From assembly GCF_009914755.1 (NCBI RefSeq), contig NC_060936.1: a stretch of 64,000 nucleotides of DNA; one strand, 5' to 3'. Positions within the stretch are counted from its first letter, which is position 1. Each line of letters starts with the position of its first letter. Under the pieces are notes generated by a model. It was not told where the DNA came from and made no database searches. It saw only the letters and a program-made list of their open reading frames with translations. This document shows, in pieces, positions 63,806 to 64,000 of this stretch. A program made the position numbers and the translations under genes. This stretch comes from the human T2T-CHM13v2.0 reference genome, Homo sapiens.

Positions 63806-64000
63806 CGATTTAATTCTCTTGAATGAAATGACAACTGTATGGATTTGGGACTGGCAGAGATTTGGACTTTCCCTACCCACTCCCCCTGATAATAATGTTG
63901 AATGCTTCTATCACAATTCAAGTTCAAAGCTCTGCCAGGGAATAGAAACTAGCTGCTGGCTAATGCCGCTCCATAAATCCGCAGATTTGAAGTGTCTGGG

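Larger units (their letters stand above)
63126..63825 (+). other. HNRNPA1: HNRNPA1 terminal non-coding exon (3'UTR)
   Basis: Acceptor caacag|GAAAC at 63126; AATAAA at 63439 and 63800. Confidence 0.88.

Overview
Human genomic DNA (an AluYb-lineage element supports human origin) covering the head-to-head CBX5 / HNRNPA1 locus (12q13, from recall). Minus strand: the complete CBX5 gene (HP1-alpha, 191 aa from 4 coding exons totalling 576 nt). It has a non-coding exon 1 at ~58.6-58.7 kb, probable alternative first exons at ~37.8-38.2 kb, a ~22 kb intron 1, and a ~10.8 kb 3'UTR ending at ~9.52 kb that contains the MIR3198-2 hairpin and five Alu copies. Plus strand: HNRNPA1 (10 coding exons; 372 aa with cassette exon 7B, 320 aa without), with an intron in the 3'UTR and tandem poly(A) signals. 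The two genes share a ~0.6 kb CpG-island bidirectional promoter. The rest is very Alu-dense (nested, inverted and young copies), with L1, L2, MIR, MLT1, MER20, MER47A and MER3/33 relics and a 7SL pseudogene. Nearly all ORF-track entries outside the exons are Alu or repeat artefacts. I see no wholly new gene system. The best leads are regulatory: (i) the spliced CBX5 leader is stop-free and in frame with the CDS, allowing a possible non-AUG N-terminal extension; (ii) a tandemly duplicated intronic poly(A) signal and an RFX-box internal promoter could uncouple CBX5 from HNRNPA1; (iii) a young AluYb insertion; (iv) a ~115-bp duplication flanking an internal L1 fragment; (v) a candidate poison exon and a decoy splice site in HNRNPA1. 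Exon coordinates were counted by hand and checked by frame; repeat boundaries and TSSs are approximate.
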